From positions 1,488,001 through 1,552,000 of the forward strand of contig OZ287079.1 in assembly GCA_965645245.1 (NCBI GenBank): DNA of 64,000 bases, given 5' to 3'. Source of the stretch: Massalongia carnosa (taxonomy: Eukaryota). Within the stretch, counting starts at the first letter, position 1, and each line of letters starts with the position of its first letter. The notes below the pieces were generated by a model. The model was given only the letters and a program-made list of their open reading frames with translations, was not told the DNA's origin and searched no databases. Positions 13,892-29,143 of the stretch are shown piece by piece. The position numbers and the translations under genes were made by a program.

Positions 13892-15233
13892 TCACAGTAT
13901 TCCGGAATCCGCGAGCGCGTTGTGAAGGATTGTGTCCTTGACCGCTGCAAACACTAGCCGGATGTTGGAAGTGTCGGTGGCTTGAGTGAGACTTGAACAC
14001 GATGCATATCAGTTCCGCCTGGTTCGGCTTTCCGCCAGCGCGAAGGGAAGGCTTACTGAGGATATAGGTTCAGGTGGGCTCGGTTGACTTGGTTGAAACG
14101 CCATAGCAGGTACTTGGCTGCTCGATTGACATCGTTGCCTCCCGAATAATCGGGAAAGTAATTCCCCAACGGCGAGCGACCAAGCTTTTGCTTGAACAAG
14201 TCGACTTTGTTGAGAAACAGAATGATGCTCGTCCTCATGAACCAGCGGGAGTTCACCACCGAGTCGAACAAGACCAGACTTTCCATCATTCGGTTCTATC
14301 ACGGTCAACAGGAATCGCATCTCTCTGTCCACCACGCTTACCTGGTTACTCTCTTCCAACAGGACCTGATCGTACTCGCTGAGCGCTACGCAAAAAATGA
14401 TCGACGTGACATTCTCAAAGCAATGAATCCATTTCTTCCGTTCACTCCGCTGCCCGCCGACATCAAACATGCTTCGGATGCATTAGCCAATCTGCATCGC
14501 ACCGGGAGAACAATCATACTGTATGCTCAGCTGGCCCATCGTAAACCGGGTTTCATAAATCCCCGTCGTCTTCGTTCGAGCCCGGAGCACGTCGGCTTCG
14601 ATAGGAATATAATCGGGCGACGCGATTCGGGATACCTCGTCGAAGAAACTGCGTCTGGTTAGCATGCACGCGGAGCGGGGATCCCACGAACAAAGCGACG
14701 CACTACGGCGCGGAATCCATCAGGTAGAACTCGCTCTGATGCTCCATGATATCGGCCATGCTCGGATCCCTCCAGATCGAAATCACCGCCGACGCTACCC
14801 TGGGATGGAGAGGTGTATGGGGATCAGGATCGACCTGATAATCCAGGAGATAATCACTGTTGTCGTAGTTCTGGGGATTGAGAGGATCGATGTTGAATTG
14901 CCGCATGGCACCTATCAAGGCTTTGGCGCAGTCCAAGACGTTCTTGTAAATGGTTAACCGATACAGCGCGAGCTCGTCCTTGGTGTAGCCGTTCTGGTGG
15001 ATAATTTTCATTTGCTTGACAATTGTAGACTTGCCGCTCTCACCGGAGCCTGTTCTGTGTCAGTCTCCCGCGCGGCCGTCTGGAGGAACTTCATGGTACC
15101 TCATACCTAGTAAAAGAATCTTGCACTCCTTGCGCAAACGTCTCTCATCCTCGAGGAGCTTGGCATCGATCAAGCGACTTCTTTTCTTCTTTTCCTCCTC
15201 TTCGCCGTCTTGCGAGCTCTGACAAGCACCCAT
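13892..15233 (-). CDS. gpa3: Heterotrimeric G-protein alpha subunit, group III (GanB/Gna3/MagA/Gpa3 type), spliced
   Basis: N-terminal MGAC acylation motif, [10 protein letters not shown]-loop, [29 protein letters not shown]-terminus [32 protein letters not shown] is typical of group III fungal G-alphas. Confidence 0.95.
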
Positions 15234-16498
15234 CGTCCCTGCGTATGATTTGAATATAGAAAGTATATGGACAATGTTAAATCGCCACGACGCAGTATAG
15301 CCAGGGGCCGTTCCCGGCCGACAGTATTATATTTACCCCGAGCCTATACCAAAACCGCAAAATCTTCAGCGATCCGCCAGCAGCGGCCGACCGTAGGCGT
15401 GATGACAACGATGGAGTCAAGCGACACCCAAGAGCAGTTCGGGTGCGACGCCAGCTTGGACGTGATCCCAGTAGGGGGTGTGGATTCACGACTGGGGTTC
15501 TAGTTGGCGGTGGAAAGAACGCTGGCGGACGAGGTGGGTGGCCGTTGGAGAGCGGTTCCAGCCGGGGTGTTGTTGGTGATAGGATTTCAGGCAGCCTATC
15601 TAGTCGGTGTCTCTCTCGGCGAAGAACTAACTTCGGTTATGCCGAGGACGATTCAGTTTGACGTGGAGGGGAGTTCACCCGAAAAGCGTGAGGAACGTGC
15701 GGTGACGATGATGGGGCTCTAATGTTTAGCTAAGCCGGTCAGGGCGTTTAGATCGCTGCGTCGTCTCCAGACGACGCGAATCGCACAGGTAGAATTAAAT
15801 GGCTCATTTGAATACTTTGGAAGGGTTTTGGGGAGTTGGTGGGTTGAACTCAGCACACAGAAGCCATGATCTCAATGACTCTGAGGAATGTACCGAGTAT
15901 AGAGCATAAAGGTATACGGGTAAGCCGGGTATAGGAAGGTCAGGGAAGCGTCGGGTGTTGGAAGTTTTTTGGGGGGGGAGGGGGGACGAAAGGGGGAAGG
16001 GAGAATTGAATAGAGTAACTGCGTCGTTTTTCCTGCCTGGGCCTCGTGGTGCCTCGTGGGAAAAGGGCAACCGGCAAAGGGTAAAGGGCAAAAGGCAAAA
16101 GGCAAAGGGAAAAGGGAAAAGGGAAAAGAGAAAATGTCGAGTTAGTATCGTACTCTGCACATGAGTTTGATCGTGGGTGAGGTTGGCTACATGTACTCTG
16201 TACTACTCGGTACTCTCTACTGTACAGAGTAGCTAACTTTGTACATACGGTGTACACTACGCTGGTCCTTGCTGCCGTACGCTGAGCAAGGACCTTTGTT
16301 TTGGGCTGTTTTGGCTGTTTGGCTGTTTGGCTGGTTGGCATTTGCCTGTTTTGGGCGAATTTTCTTTCCTCTTTTCGTCGAAGCCTCTTAAGTCACGTGC
16401 ACTTCCGGGCTAGTTCTCCTCGAGTCGGGTGCTTAGCTAATCGATAAGTACCTTTCATCGTATTCGTAAGATCCTTTGGTTACCCCTCTCAATTCGCA

Positions 16499-16600
16499 AG
16501 TACCGAGTACAGAGTACCGAGTACCGAGTACAGAGTACCGAGTACAGAGTACCGAGTACAGAGTACCGAATACATAGTACCGAATACAGAGTACCGAATA
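16499..16600. repeat. 7-bp tandem repeat (AGTACCG/AGTACAG)n
   Basis: About 14 imperfect units in the divergent G-alpha/HOG1 intergenic region. Confidence 0.85.
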
Positions 16601-18027
16601 CCTACCGACCCATCTCATTTCCTCTGCAAATGGTCTACCATCTTCGACGCGTGTTCGGTATCGTGTACTCGGTCTGCCCCGTATTCGATCCCCTATATTC
16701 GACCCTTGATCCTCGACGTTGGACTGACCTATTCGGAACAAACCCCAGTGCACGGGCTTCAAAGCCCACATGTGAGGTCAGGGCAATAAAAAAGGCTGGC
16801 TGCACCAAGTTGAACCAACGACGAAAAAGTGTCATAAATAGATTATCCCACCAAACTCAATATTCACGCTATCTGGAGGACGTCTTCCCTCCATACCGAG
16901 AAGTACTCGATACCTTGGACCTCGTATTCCATCAAGCGTAGCCAGTAACGCACCTAGCCATGTCCAACCCAGCCATGTACAGAATCCTCGGTACTCTGTA
17001 CGGACGGACGGGTTCATGCCTTCATATTGATGAGTGATATTGGTAGACAATGCATTCCTTCTCACCCCAACCCCCCCCCCGGCATCTAGGTGACCTCGTA
17101 CTCATACATGTTACCACGGACGGTTTCACATGCTCCCAACTCTCCACTCCAGCGCAAAGATGATTCAGTCGGCAAACACATCAGCAGAACCATCGAAGTG
17201 AAAGGTTTTCACCTTTACAGCTCATCAACATGCTATCGGCGTTAGTTACCCCGCTAAAAGGCGAAATCCCACGCTGACTGCGTGCATCCTGCACGAAAGG
17301 TCCCCTTCTCGAGCTTCTTTACGCAATGAGATGATGGAGTGAGTGGAGCGATGGTCGGTTTCCCCCTATGGCTTCCACCGTGGAAATGAATGGATCATCG
17401 CCTCATTCGCGATGGGTGTTAATGTTGTAAGCTCGTGAAAGCCACAGCAAGAAATGGCGTGTGCGCTTGTGACGGAATGACGTAGCTGAACCTCAATACC
17501 TGTCTCTATACCTATCTAGGTATAGATACGAGAAGATACAGGTACCTTACTTGCCTTGAGTCTGGCCGAGGGGGGAAACCCCATGACGATAAGCGGGGTA
17601 GGCATTATTACCCTTCGATAATTTACGGGACACATGGTTTCATTGTAATGACTGACCAGACTCTGGACTTCAATACCCAACAGATGAATGAACATCATGT
17701 GACACGTAATGGAAACAGGCACCGAACAAGGAACAGAACCCCCCTACACAGTAAAAGTCTCCCAGGCCAGACCCAATAGGCGGGAGATCGTCATAGTGAT
17801 CAACCTCGTTTGAAGCCGTAGCGCGAAACGTGCCGGGTTAGAGCGAGACAAGGAAATCCTAGGCTGGAACACGGCGATGCACTTCTTTCTAGAGAACTGT
17901 TGAGAAAGTCGTCCGTCAAGGCAAACCTATTTACCTAGACATCGTTCATCGATCGTGCCCAACGATCTTCTCTTGCTTCCTCCACCCGTCTGGCTCCCGT
18001 GCATTTGACTTCCGCCCACCAGCCACC

Positions 18028-19560
<1,533 letters not shown>

Positions 19561-20240
19561 CGCCTTGGGTTGCTCTGGATGTCTGCATCTCCTTCTGCCC
19601 TTTCCTCCACCTTGTTTTGTCATTGGGAACCCTTGGACATGGGGGTCGCGCTGGATTACATTGCTCATACCTAAGTACCTAAGGATTCATCGAACATGAC
19701 GCATATGATTGGCAACGTGGACAAGATGTGATGTGTGTTTTCTATGATTGTGCTGCGTATTGGTCTAAGCCTAGAGCTGCCGACAGCGCCGTATCTCACA
19801 TTCCGCGAGGAGGGGGGGGATAAGGGGACATATATGAAGTGAACATTAGTCTTGACGACCAAGTAATGCCGTCAATATTCCATTCCTACATGTTTGGCCT
19901 GAGGGAGACATGAACGACTCAGGTGATTGGAAGCCCTAACTTAGCCACACGACTTCCGAGACACCTACGCCACATGAGCTAGGTACATAAGTAGTTAGGG
20001 TTATTCGGAGTCGCCCGGGACACCGTGCACTCCAAGCTGACCGCCTTGACCCCTTGGGTCGGGATTTAGTCGGGCAGAAGTCTTGGCGCTTGCCTGCATA
20101 GTGCGTCATTGCTAAAATGTCAAGGCTTGAACTTATTTGTGTTTCCGTAGTTACCACCAAGAAAGTAGCAACCCAATCATATCATCTGCGACCATGGACC
20201 ATTTGCACTCTTTGCGACTCACTCGTAGGAACGCAGCGAT

Positions 20241-22654
20241 ATGACGGCCGCAGGTAGCTTTGAGCCTGTGGTCTGCGTTGTCGGCTTTCATCATGCCCGG
20301 TAGGTGATGCGATTCATCCTGCAGAGCGAAAACTAATTCCCTCAGGGGACCAGAGATAGAGAGCTGGTTTGGCGTCGAAGATGGAACTGATCCGGCCGTC
20401 GACAATGACTGGTCGTTTCTGCCCTTCATGGCCCTGTCCGACGGTGCTCATGCGTAAAGCTTCATTTCTCCCGATGTCTTATCATGCTCACCGGCGCCCA
20501 GAACAACCGAAGACTTTTCATACTTCACCCTGCGTCGACAAGCTACTTCGGAAAGCCCTGCGACGTCGGTCTTTGGAATCTCATGTACTAGGCAGATGGA
20601 CGCCAATGCGCTTCTATACCGACCTTCGGAAGTTACCCGAAGCACAGTGCAAAAGGCTGTCGTAGCCATTGCCGACAATCCGCAATTCTTCGGACAATTG
20701 AGGGAAAAACTCTCCATGGTCACTGGCGCATGGTTTGCTCAAAAGTACGGAAGCTTTCCGTGGCGGAAGCAAGGCTAATGGTCTTGAAGGGATTTCACGG
20801 ACGTCGATATTTTGAAGGTTGGTAAGTGCTGGATGAGGCCCTGGAGGTGTGGAGCTCAGAGAACGTAGAAGTTTCAAGAGAGTCTGTTGAAAAGCAAAAA
20901 TGATGCCGAGGATGACCGGGATCAGTATCTGGGTAAGGTTTGGGATTAGTTGCCATTGGATCGATCACTCACTTACACGGCCAGGGCTTCCTCTAAGAGA
21001 GCTCGTTTACGAATACAAGCATCAGACGTTGGTTTTGTTCAAGTGCTGCTTGTTACAGCCCAAGGTGACTGCCGCGATTGAGTATCCATGACGAGAAGTA
21101 ACAATGATAGATGCTTTTCTTCGGATCTCGATGCGAGAGGCTATGTATGATGCAGTTCTCCTTGATTTCTTTGGTACCTGGACTTTTGCGAAAGCTGCAA
21201 GACTGTGCGGATCCCGAATTTGACAGCTACGAAAAGAGCCTGGCAATGCCCACGTCATTGAAAACGAGTGAACGAAGCTCATGTAAGCTTGACATCTGCG
21301 TGGATGGACGTTAGCTGACATCGACAGTGTTGTCTTACATGGGGCTACCTTTGCAGCTGTAGGTTTCCCCAATGTCCCTTGAAGTGTAAAGCCTGCTAAA
21401 TGCTTTTCCCAGTTTCGGAAAGGTATAGAATGCTTTCCTATCTGGCGGAACTGCCATTAAAGAGGTTCAGGGTAGTCTGTTCGGACCGTATACACCGTTG
21501 CAGCAGCTCGACGTCCTTGCTGATTATGGAACAAAATCTTATATTGTTGGGTCAACCAACCCCCTTCTTCTCCAGCAGAAAGATCGTTACAGCGATATAC
21601 TGATCAATGTATGTCGCCAATTCATCATCGACTGGACAAGCTCATCATGTCCCAGCTTGACGAAACCACCATCAACATCACCTCTTCCTCCCTTCGCAAC
21701 GCGCTCGCCCTGTCGGCAGCGGATCGACGATGGATTGACTTCCTCACTCAAACCATCTCCGCGACTTGGGACGAGAATAATCCCAGCCGCCCAAAAACGC
21801 TAGGCTATATGGGCTCCGAAGAATTCATCCGTCTCCAATTTGAAGAATATCTTCTGGCGCTCCTATCCGCCGTCAAATATCACATTTACCTCCAAGCTCC
21901 CCACAACCAACCACTTCCATCCGTTGATGGTGACCCCTCCCTTGACTTCAACCCGGACTGGGTACACGCCTGGCGGCAATCCTCTGCCTTTGCCCTCTTC
22001 GCCGCCAATACCGACTCTCACCTCTTCGACATTGTCGAGCCACGCCATCCTACATCGGGCAATCTTAGCTTCGACGATATTCAGCGCCGTCTCGCTCTCC
22101 AGATCCAGACCCTCCATCTTGACGAGCACCTTGCCTCCAGCAAAGAGCTCCTGAACAAACACCTCGTCACCGGACAGAAGAAAGTATCCACCGCCTTCAC
22201 GAACCTGTGGGCTGACATTGAAGCTCTACGTGAAGCGCAGCGCAAACGCGCCGAAGCCGGTAGCGCTGCCGGGCCCATCGGTTCTACACCCAGCACCGTC
22301 GCAGATGGACTCTCCTCCACCCGTACATCCACCGAGTCACAAGTAACTCCTACCCTCTCCACCGCGCACGCCTCTGTCACGGCCGCCGGCCAGAAAGCAA
22401 GCGCGTACTTCTCTTCATGGAGCACGTGGGCGTCGGACCGACGGAAAGGCTGGACCGCGCCCCGAACGACGGCGGCAGACGGCTCCTCCACCACGGTTTC
22501 GCCCACGGGCAGGGATCAGAGTTCGGTGGTTGGTGTGGGTGGGAGGGCTTTGGTCGCGAGGGTGCGGGAAAAGCACTCTTGGGAGGGAAGGGGGGCGGGG
22601 AGGCGGGGAAGGGAGGAGAGGGGGGGCGATGGCATTGGGAGGTTGGATGCTTAA
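20241..22654 (+). CDS. AVL9: AVL9 late secretory pathway protein (DENN-related), multi-intron
   Basis: Spliced motifs VCVVGFHHAR-GPEIE, LPFMALSDGAH, VTRSTVQKAVV, GLPLRELVYEYKHQTLVLFK, FGPYTPLQQLD, GSEEFIRLQFEEY match remembered Avl9 sequences. Start codon inferred. Confidence 0.9.
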
Positions 22655-23439
22655 GAGGGGGGAAGACATGAAGGATGCGAGGGAAGATATAAAATGGGCT
22701 GGGGGAAGGAGGAAGGAGAGTGGGTCGAGTGTTTTGATATCTGTCTGCAGGGTCGGCGAAGGGTAGATAAAAAGGGGGGGCGGGAGCGGGATTCACGTGG
22801 CTATCGTACCCTTGCGTCTGTTTTCTTTTTTGCAGTCCAATTCATCCGTACACCTTTTTCTTCTTTTTCTTTCCTATTCTTCTTCTTCCATGAACACATA
22901 CCTATTCTCTGATTTGTTTGTTTTCGTTTTCTGTTCATTTTCTGTTTGGCGATCGATCGATCAATATCGTATCCTATTATATACATGGAAATGGAAGGAA
23001 TGGAAGGAAAGGAAACCAATGAATGCATACAAGAGAGCAAATGAATATGAACATGGATATATATATGCTCACAGCTTCAGGACTCGTGAGTAAATTTTAT
23101 CGCCTGGGATTCCTGGACCCGGGGGGGGTTTTTTTTCCTTTTTCCTTTTGTTGATTCTCTCTTCTATATATCGATTTTGTCTATCTACCTACCTACCTAC
23201 CTACCTACCTACCTACCTAACAACCACCCGAACTATCTAATCTATCTATGTATCTATGTATCTACTACACCCGCACCCACTCCGCTCAGCTCAATCAATC
23301 AATCAGTCAATCCCTGTCCGTCCGCGTGCTTTCTTTCCCCCCCCCTCTCCCGATAACTGGTGGGAATAGGGAATAGTTTAGGCTTGAAGAGTGGCCGTGG
23401 GCGAGGCGAGGCAAGATTGGGCTGGGAAATTGGTTTTGG

Positions 23440-24354
23440 GGGGGGGCATTTGGCGATGACCGTTCTCGACCAGGCCATGCAAAGGCTACCAAATCCTGAT
23501 TCGATAGTTGTATATTTGACGTCCGCGGATTCAGCGCCTTGGGCATATCTAATTGGCGGTATTCCGCCCAGTGTATTACGTGCCATCCGCATGCTCCAGC
23601 GCGAACCTTCTATGTTGGAAGACAGATCTTTGGCCCCATAAGCAGATGTACCATTGTGACAACCAAGCGCATCCTGAAGGCCGAGTGTATGGCAAGCATT
23701 AGTATACTCCCCCGGTGTCATAGGAGTCACGGCTTTGAACAGCCGATGGAAATGAAACATGCTCAATCCCGCTGCTTTGGCCAGAGCTTCAAGCCTCGAA
23801 CCTCCCTGATGCTCCAAACGGCATTCCTTCTTGCCAAATGGAATCGCGTGCGATCTTCTCAGGCGCTAAGCCAATACCCAGCATATCTGCGTTTGCGGTA
23901 CCGATGGTTTCTAGCTTACATCGTTTGCAGGCGCTAAAGCCCGCCCGCTCAGCTCTTTGGATAGCATCTAGATGAGGAAAGTATTTCACACGTCTGCGTG
24001 ACGGTCTTCTTGAAGGACATGAGGGCCGGCGGTAGATCTTGATGCTTAGCACGCCGTTAAAAAATTAGCGATCTGCTGCGCGAAACCGCGCGGACACTGC
24101 ATGTCAACATTGATCATCAGAGTAAGACACCTTTGCTGGGCGTACTGCTCGGCATAGGCGCTTCGGACGGATTTCGTATGACGGGTAGTGGAGAGCGCTC
24201 TATCAAAGGGTATGAAGGACTTTTGAGAGAGGAATAAGAAATCATAATACAAAGCAGCTCTCGTCAAGTCAAAAGACTGGCCGAGATTCAGAAAGGTTTC
24301 GTCCGCTTGAAACTCATTAAAATCAAACGATCCGTCCACTAATGATTGACTCAT
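23440..24354 (-). pseudogene. Ada-like methylphosphotriester-DNA alkyltransferase/AraC regulator, disrupted
   Basis: AVSARFRAADR*FFNGVLSIKIYRRPSCPSRRP...RAERAGFSACKRCK is an Ada Zn-binding domain with in-frame TAA at 24065-24067 and the first Cys replaced by Arg. Frameshift near 23800. AraC HTH LEALAKAAGLSMFHFHRLFK. Truncated 3' end. Confidence 0.8.
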
Positions 24355-24989
24355 TGAAATCAGGTGTAAGAGGAATATTCAAAGATGAGGCCAAGTGCTC
24401 ATACCACGGATTTTCCTCTGTCCTGCCTGAACTCAAATCTTTTCCTGCACTCACATAAAAGAGACATTTGAGGCTCGATTACTCCCGCACCCACCTGGCT
24501 CATTTTGGAGATATGTAACTCCAATAGTTGAGGTTCTCAGAACAGCGGAAAAACTCAATATCCGCTCTTCGTGTTTTTTCCTTCTTTACCAAGCAGACGA
24601 TCAAAGAAAAGAATGAAAGCTTGATTTTTTTAATAAATCTCGCGAAAGATATCGAGGGTGGAAGGAATAAACCTCGTAAACTTTCTGCTTCCGAAGAAGA
24701 AGCAAGCGTACTCGTACAGAGTATTTATGCCTTAGCCATCGTAACGCTTGTAAGGTTTTATCTGCGAAATAAGTTACTAGAAACCCTACCGATAAAACTC
24801 CTCGTCAATCACCGCCAACCCCGACGTCTGCAGCTTCCCGCTCAATCCATAAAAATGCTGAAAACTCGTGATTAATGGCCGCTACCGATCTAGATCGATA
24901 CGCTTCCGATCTCCCTCCAACAGCACCGTGTCCGCAGCATACACCCTTAAAACCTGCACCTCTAGCGCCAACATTCCCCCTCCTGCCCC

Positions 24990-25376
24990 CTCCTCCTCTC
25001 CTTCTCCAAGTCTCCTTTACATGCGCTAGTCTGGGTTCCGATGCTATAGGCGTGGCCCGAAATGCGGAACTTGTCCGCGCCGAACCTGTATCCCGTCCTG
25101 TGCTTGAACGCTGACATATCCTCGCGGCTGGTCGTTTTTGCCAACCGGTTGACCGCCGAGACCATGGCTTCGGAGGGAAGATTTAGCACACATTGTCCCA
25201 TGCGCTGCAGGTTGAGCGTGGTTTGTGGGTGCGCGGACATGCCGAGCATGCAGCGGTCGGCGACCCACGAGGCGGACGACATGGGCGCTAGGTTAGGGGT
25301 GCCGTCAGGGTTTTCGGTAGAGATAATGAGCATGAAGGTGCCCATAGAGGATGGCGGGCGTAATGACTTGATGCAT
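24990..25376 (-). pseudogene. Flavin reductase-like (FMN-binding split barrel) fragment
   Basis: MHQVITPAILY then a frameshift into GTFMLIISTENPDGTPNLAPMSS...CMLG...TTLNLQRMGQCVLNLPS. C-terminal half missing. Confidence 0.75.
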
Positions 25377-27746
25377 TCTTTACTTTGTGGGGTAAGGTTA
25401 AATTGTGCGGGTAGGTGGATGACGATGATTTGATGAGGGGAATTTTTTTTGGAGGCGGTAAAGCAGATCTCTGCTATGATGATTCAGAACTGGTGTTGGT
25501 AGGAGATTTATGGTCTGGCAGTTGAAGCCACTCTGCCAGCAATCTCGAGCTTTGTCGGATTTTGCTACTAACTCCTAATCGCTTAAGCAGCTGACCTAAC
25601 TCATGATGGGAGATCGAATGGCATGCCAGGTTAGGAGTGCTGTATGCCGCAGGGAGGCGGTAGAAGAAGATTCTGGTCTTTCTTTCGTGACTTCTGCGAC
25701 CGCTTGCGTGTCACTTTGTTTAGGTAGATCAGGAATCTCGGTCTTCACCTACGTTTTCATCACGCTTCGCCGTTCCTCGTGATGGAAAGGTTACTATCCT
25801 GATTCTTATATTCTCCGTTCCGCGGAATCTTGAGAATCTTGCTTGTACTGGGTCAACTGATTGTCTGTCCACCCACATTTCAGCCCTTTAAGAAACATAC
25901 TTTGCTCCTCGGGGTTAAGCTCTCCGGTGACCTCAAGTTTGAGCTCTTCACTTTCTGTTAGAATTCCTAGGGATTCTACCACGTACTAAAAAAATTATAC
26001 AGCATCCCAGCGGGCAAGAAGCCCGCTTGATATCTAGCGAAGCAGACTCCAGACCACACATCTGACTAATGAACTTCCTGATATTAGAGCAAGCAGCTTG
26101 ACAAACGCTACAGCTATACCGATGGATGAACTTCCGCGCCGCTTCTTCGACAGCAGCCAGAAACTCTGCTCTGCCCAACAGTCTAAAATAAAGCCGGAGA
26201 AAATCTCGAGTGGTATATGCTCATGAATGAAGTTTCACCGCAAGTACTGAATGAGATGGCGACCAAAAAAACCTCGCTCGTGGTAGAAGCGGTAGGAACG
26301 CAGACGTTTCCTAAGGACATAACACTCATAAAGTCATTGCCAGCCATAGTGTAGAAGATCGCTTCCACGTAGGCAGTTGAAGTGACCCTCATGGTTGATT
26401 TGGCGACTAACTATAACTAAAGCAACGTGAAGAGCGCAGTGGCATTCTCTGGGGCAGTCACAGTCGCAAGGTTTGTAATAAAACGGATAAACCCTCCCAT
26501 TTACCAGAAGCACCAATCCATAAATCTAATTTCGAACCTTGCGAGGAAGAGAGAGCAAAGTATGTGGAGGCTTTGTGGAGGTTGCGAACTCGACGCATGA
26601 CCTTCTATGAAGCTAAGCTTGCTATTTTTTTTTTGGATTGCTTTAATGACTAGGGAGCTTCAGGAGAATGGAATGAGGAACTTCCAATATACCAATCTGA
26701 CATGCTGAGGTCAGCCATGGCTCGATCGACTATAGGAAACGGCTGTAATAAGCGGTACAAGAAGAAAATAACAGGGCTTCTCGACTTATGCGATTGAAAA
26801 ATAGCGTTTTTTGAAAGGTTTGAAGCTTGGGATGAGTTTGTGAGAGTAAAGAAGGAAGTGAATGTGAAAGTATTGGTTGATGAGGTTGAGGGGTTTCTCG
26901 AATGAGATATGATGATTTTAAAACATCAAATTATTAGAATCGGTCTTTCAACATATTCGCTTGCGTCATTGAAGCGGTAGAGAACTGTCTAACCCTTGAA
27001 TTAGAACAAGTTAGTGTCGCATCCGACACTCTGATAATATGCCTCATTCCGCGGTTAAGATCGCCTTTTGGTAGATGATGTATGGCCCTAGTCGATATAA
27101 CTGTATTTTCCATGTCGAACAATAGTCGAGCATCTTTTCCTTACATCAGCTACTCGGTAATTAGTCGCTATTTAGTTAAAGTATTAGGTTATAGTTGTAT
27201 AGCAAACGTTGCACCAACTAGCTCCCTATGTAAAATAAGTGATCACTATGAGGATATCATGAGAGCTCCAAGGAATTAGGATCATTGCCATGAAAAAGGG
27301 TTCAAAGGAGTAAGTCAATGAGGATAAAATGAAGGGAGGTGAAAACACGCATATCCTCTACAATTCGCACCTTCTGGAAAATAGGAAAATAGCTTTATCA
27401 GGCCTCTAATGAGGTATTTGTGAACTTGCTTTTATCTTCTTGGTAAGGAGTTAAAAGGCGATGTCGATATTTAAAGATCCAAGGGAGTAAGAGCGTAAAG
27501 GGGAGTTTCCTTTAAATTTCTTCCTATGGTTATAAATGAAGCGGAGATCTAGCTCTATCTTGAAGGATCGTCATGTTCTGCTCAATACGTATATACACGA
27601 TGCAAGAGTTGGCTTCCTCCAATCGCCCCAGTTTGCAATGGGGAAGAAAAACCTCCCTCCGCATCTTTGGTAGACGGAGGAAAAATGGCAGCTCGTTCCC
27701 CCTATCCTTGGTCAGTAAACTTAAGGGTGACCAAATTTCAATATCA

Positions 27747-28748
27747 TCACGTGACTTCTGACTTCTTGTTAGCTATCTCAATCGAGTGCTTCTCTTCCTC
27801 TAACTCATTTTTCGCTTTGAGAGCCCCCTCCACTTGGTGAATGGCGCGTTCGACTTCCTGCTCCATTTCTTCTACGTCAAGACACTCGGCCAAAACCCTT
27901 CCGTCGGACGGTGAGAGTAGCATAGTGGGCAAGTCGTCTGATTCCTTCAGAGCCGGAGAGCTGCTACTCCCTGATTCAAGGGTTTCTCTTTCGATTTTGG
28001 CTTCTAGCCTCTTCAAGGATGCGCCGATCCTGTGAATGGAGTATGCAGTGTCCAGAATGGGAGAGGGGGTCAATTTGATTAATCGATTGTCGAGCAGGAA
28101 TCTGAGATGTACAGACCCGGAACGTGCTACTATGCTATCAGCAACCTGAATCTCATACCCAAATCCATACAACTAACCTCGCCAATGGGACCATGCTCGA
28201 AACACAAGGTAGAAGAATGGGAGGTTGGGCATTCTGCATTATCCCGATGTTAAGACCACCCTCGTGCAGCGCATCGATGCGCATAGCAAAACCCGGAAGA
28301 GCTCTCACATGGGTATCAGGGCGAAGGGCGCTGAGATGGGCATCCCGATGATGCTCGCCCACATCCATTTCGTATGATATGCATACTTCTCCTGGCCCCC
28401 AAAGTGGTTGAGACACTTCAACACGGCATCTTGCTCCAGCAAAGACTTTGGAAATTCCACTCGCACTTCCTCCTTGCCGGCAAGCTCATCGGATTTACGC
28501 CGCGCGCTTAAGGGGGGTATGCTCTTCAAACCCCATTCTTCATAGGGAAGGCGTTGGAACAGCTTGTTGCCGTAGGATGTAACTTTTTTCTGCCATCCTT
28601 TCTCATGCTTTTCCCAGCTGAGCCAGGTCGTGGTGGCTTTAATGGTGATTTTGTCGATGTACGTCTGCTCCTTGGGTAGCTGCTGATTGATGCGCTGACA
28701 GTATATCAAACTCTGCTTCGTAGAGACTGGCAAGAGGAAGAGGCGCAT
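27747..28748 (-). CDS. Mitochondrial K+/H+-exchange-related protein (YDL183C/Mrx19-like), 2 introns
   Basis: MRLFLLPVST...LIYC, RLPYEEWGLKSIPPL, PFALIP|MPNLPFFYLVFRAWSHWR|ARSGSVHLRFL joined by GT-AG introns near 28232-28307 and 28128-28178. Confidence 0.85.
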
Positions 28749-29143
28749 CGCAAGTGAAGAAAAGTTTTTTTACATTGATGAGGTATACTGCCAAAACTTG
28801 GTTATCAATCCACACATAGTTTTATACCACGAGTCCTTTATGTAGCGCGCTAGGAAGAAAAGACGCGCCGCCAAGCCATTCGAAGTCAGACTTAATTTCT
28901 TACACGCCCCGTTAGCCCTGCATGTTTTCCCGGCATGTTGTTTTTCCGGACTTTTCCACCTTTTAGTGCCTTTCAGTCCAGCCTCCAAGTCATAACCTAA
29001 GGCAAAACAACCATGCAATAATAAAGGCATCGTCAATGTCTATAGTTTTATCCAGTAGATCTTACGACTATGGACTGGTGTACGATTGAAGCTCTCGCGG
29101 TAAAATAGAATTGACCCTAGCGTCAGTACGCAAGTCTTTGCTT

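Noticed and set aside
16499..16600. CRISPR-like array
   Set aside because: 7-bp tandem units without spacers, in eukaryotic DNA.
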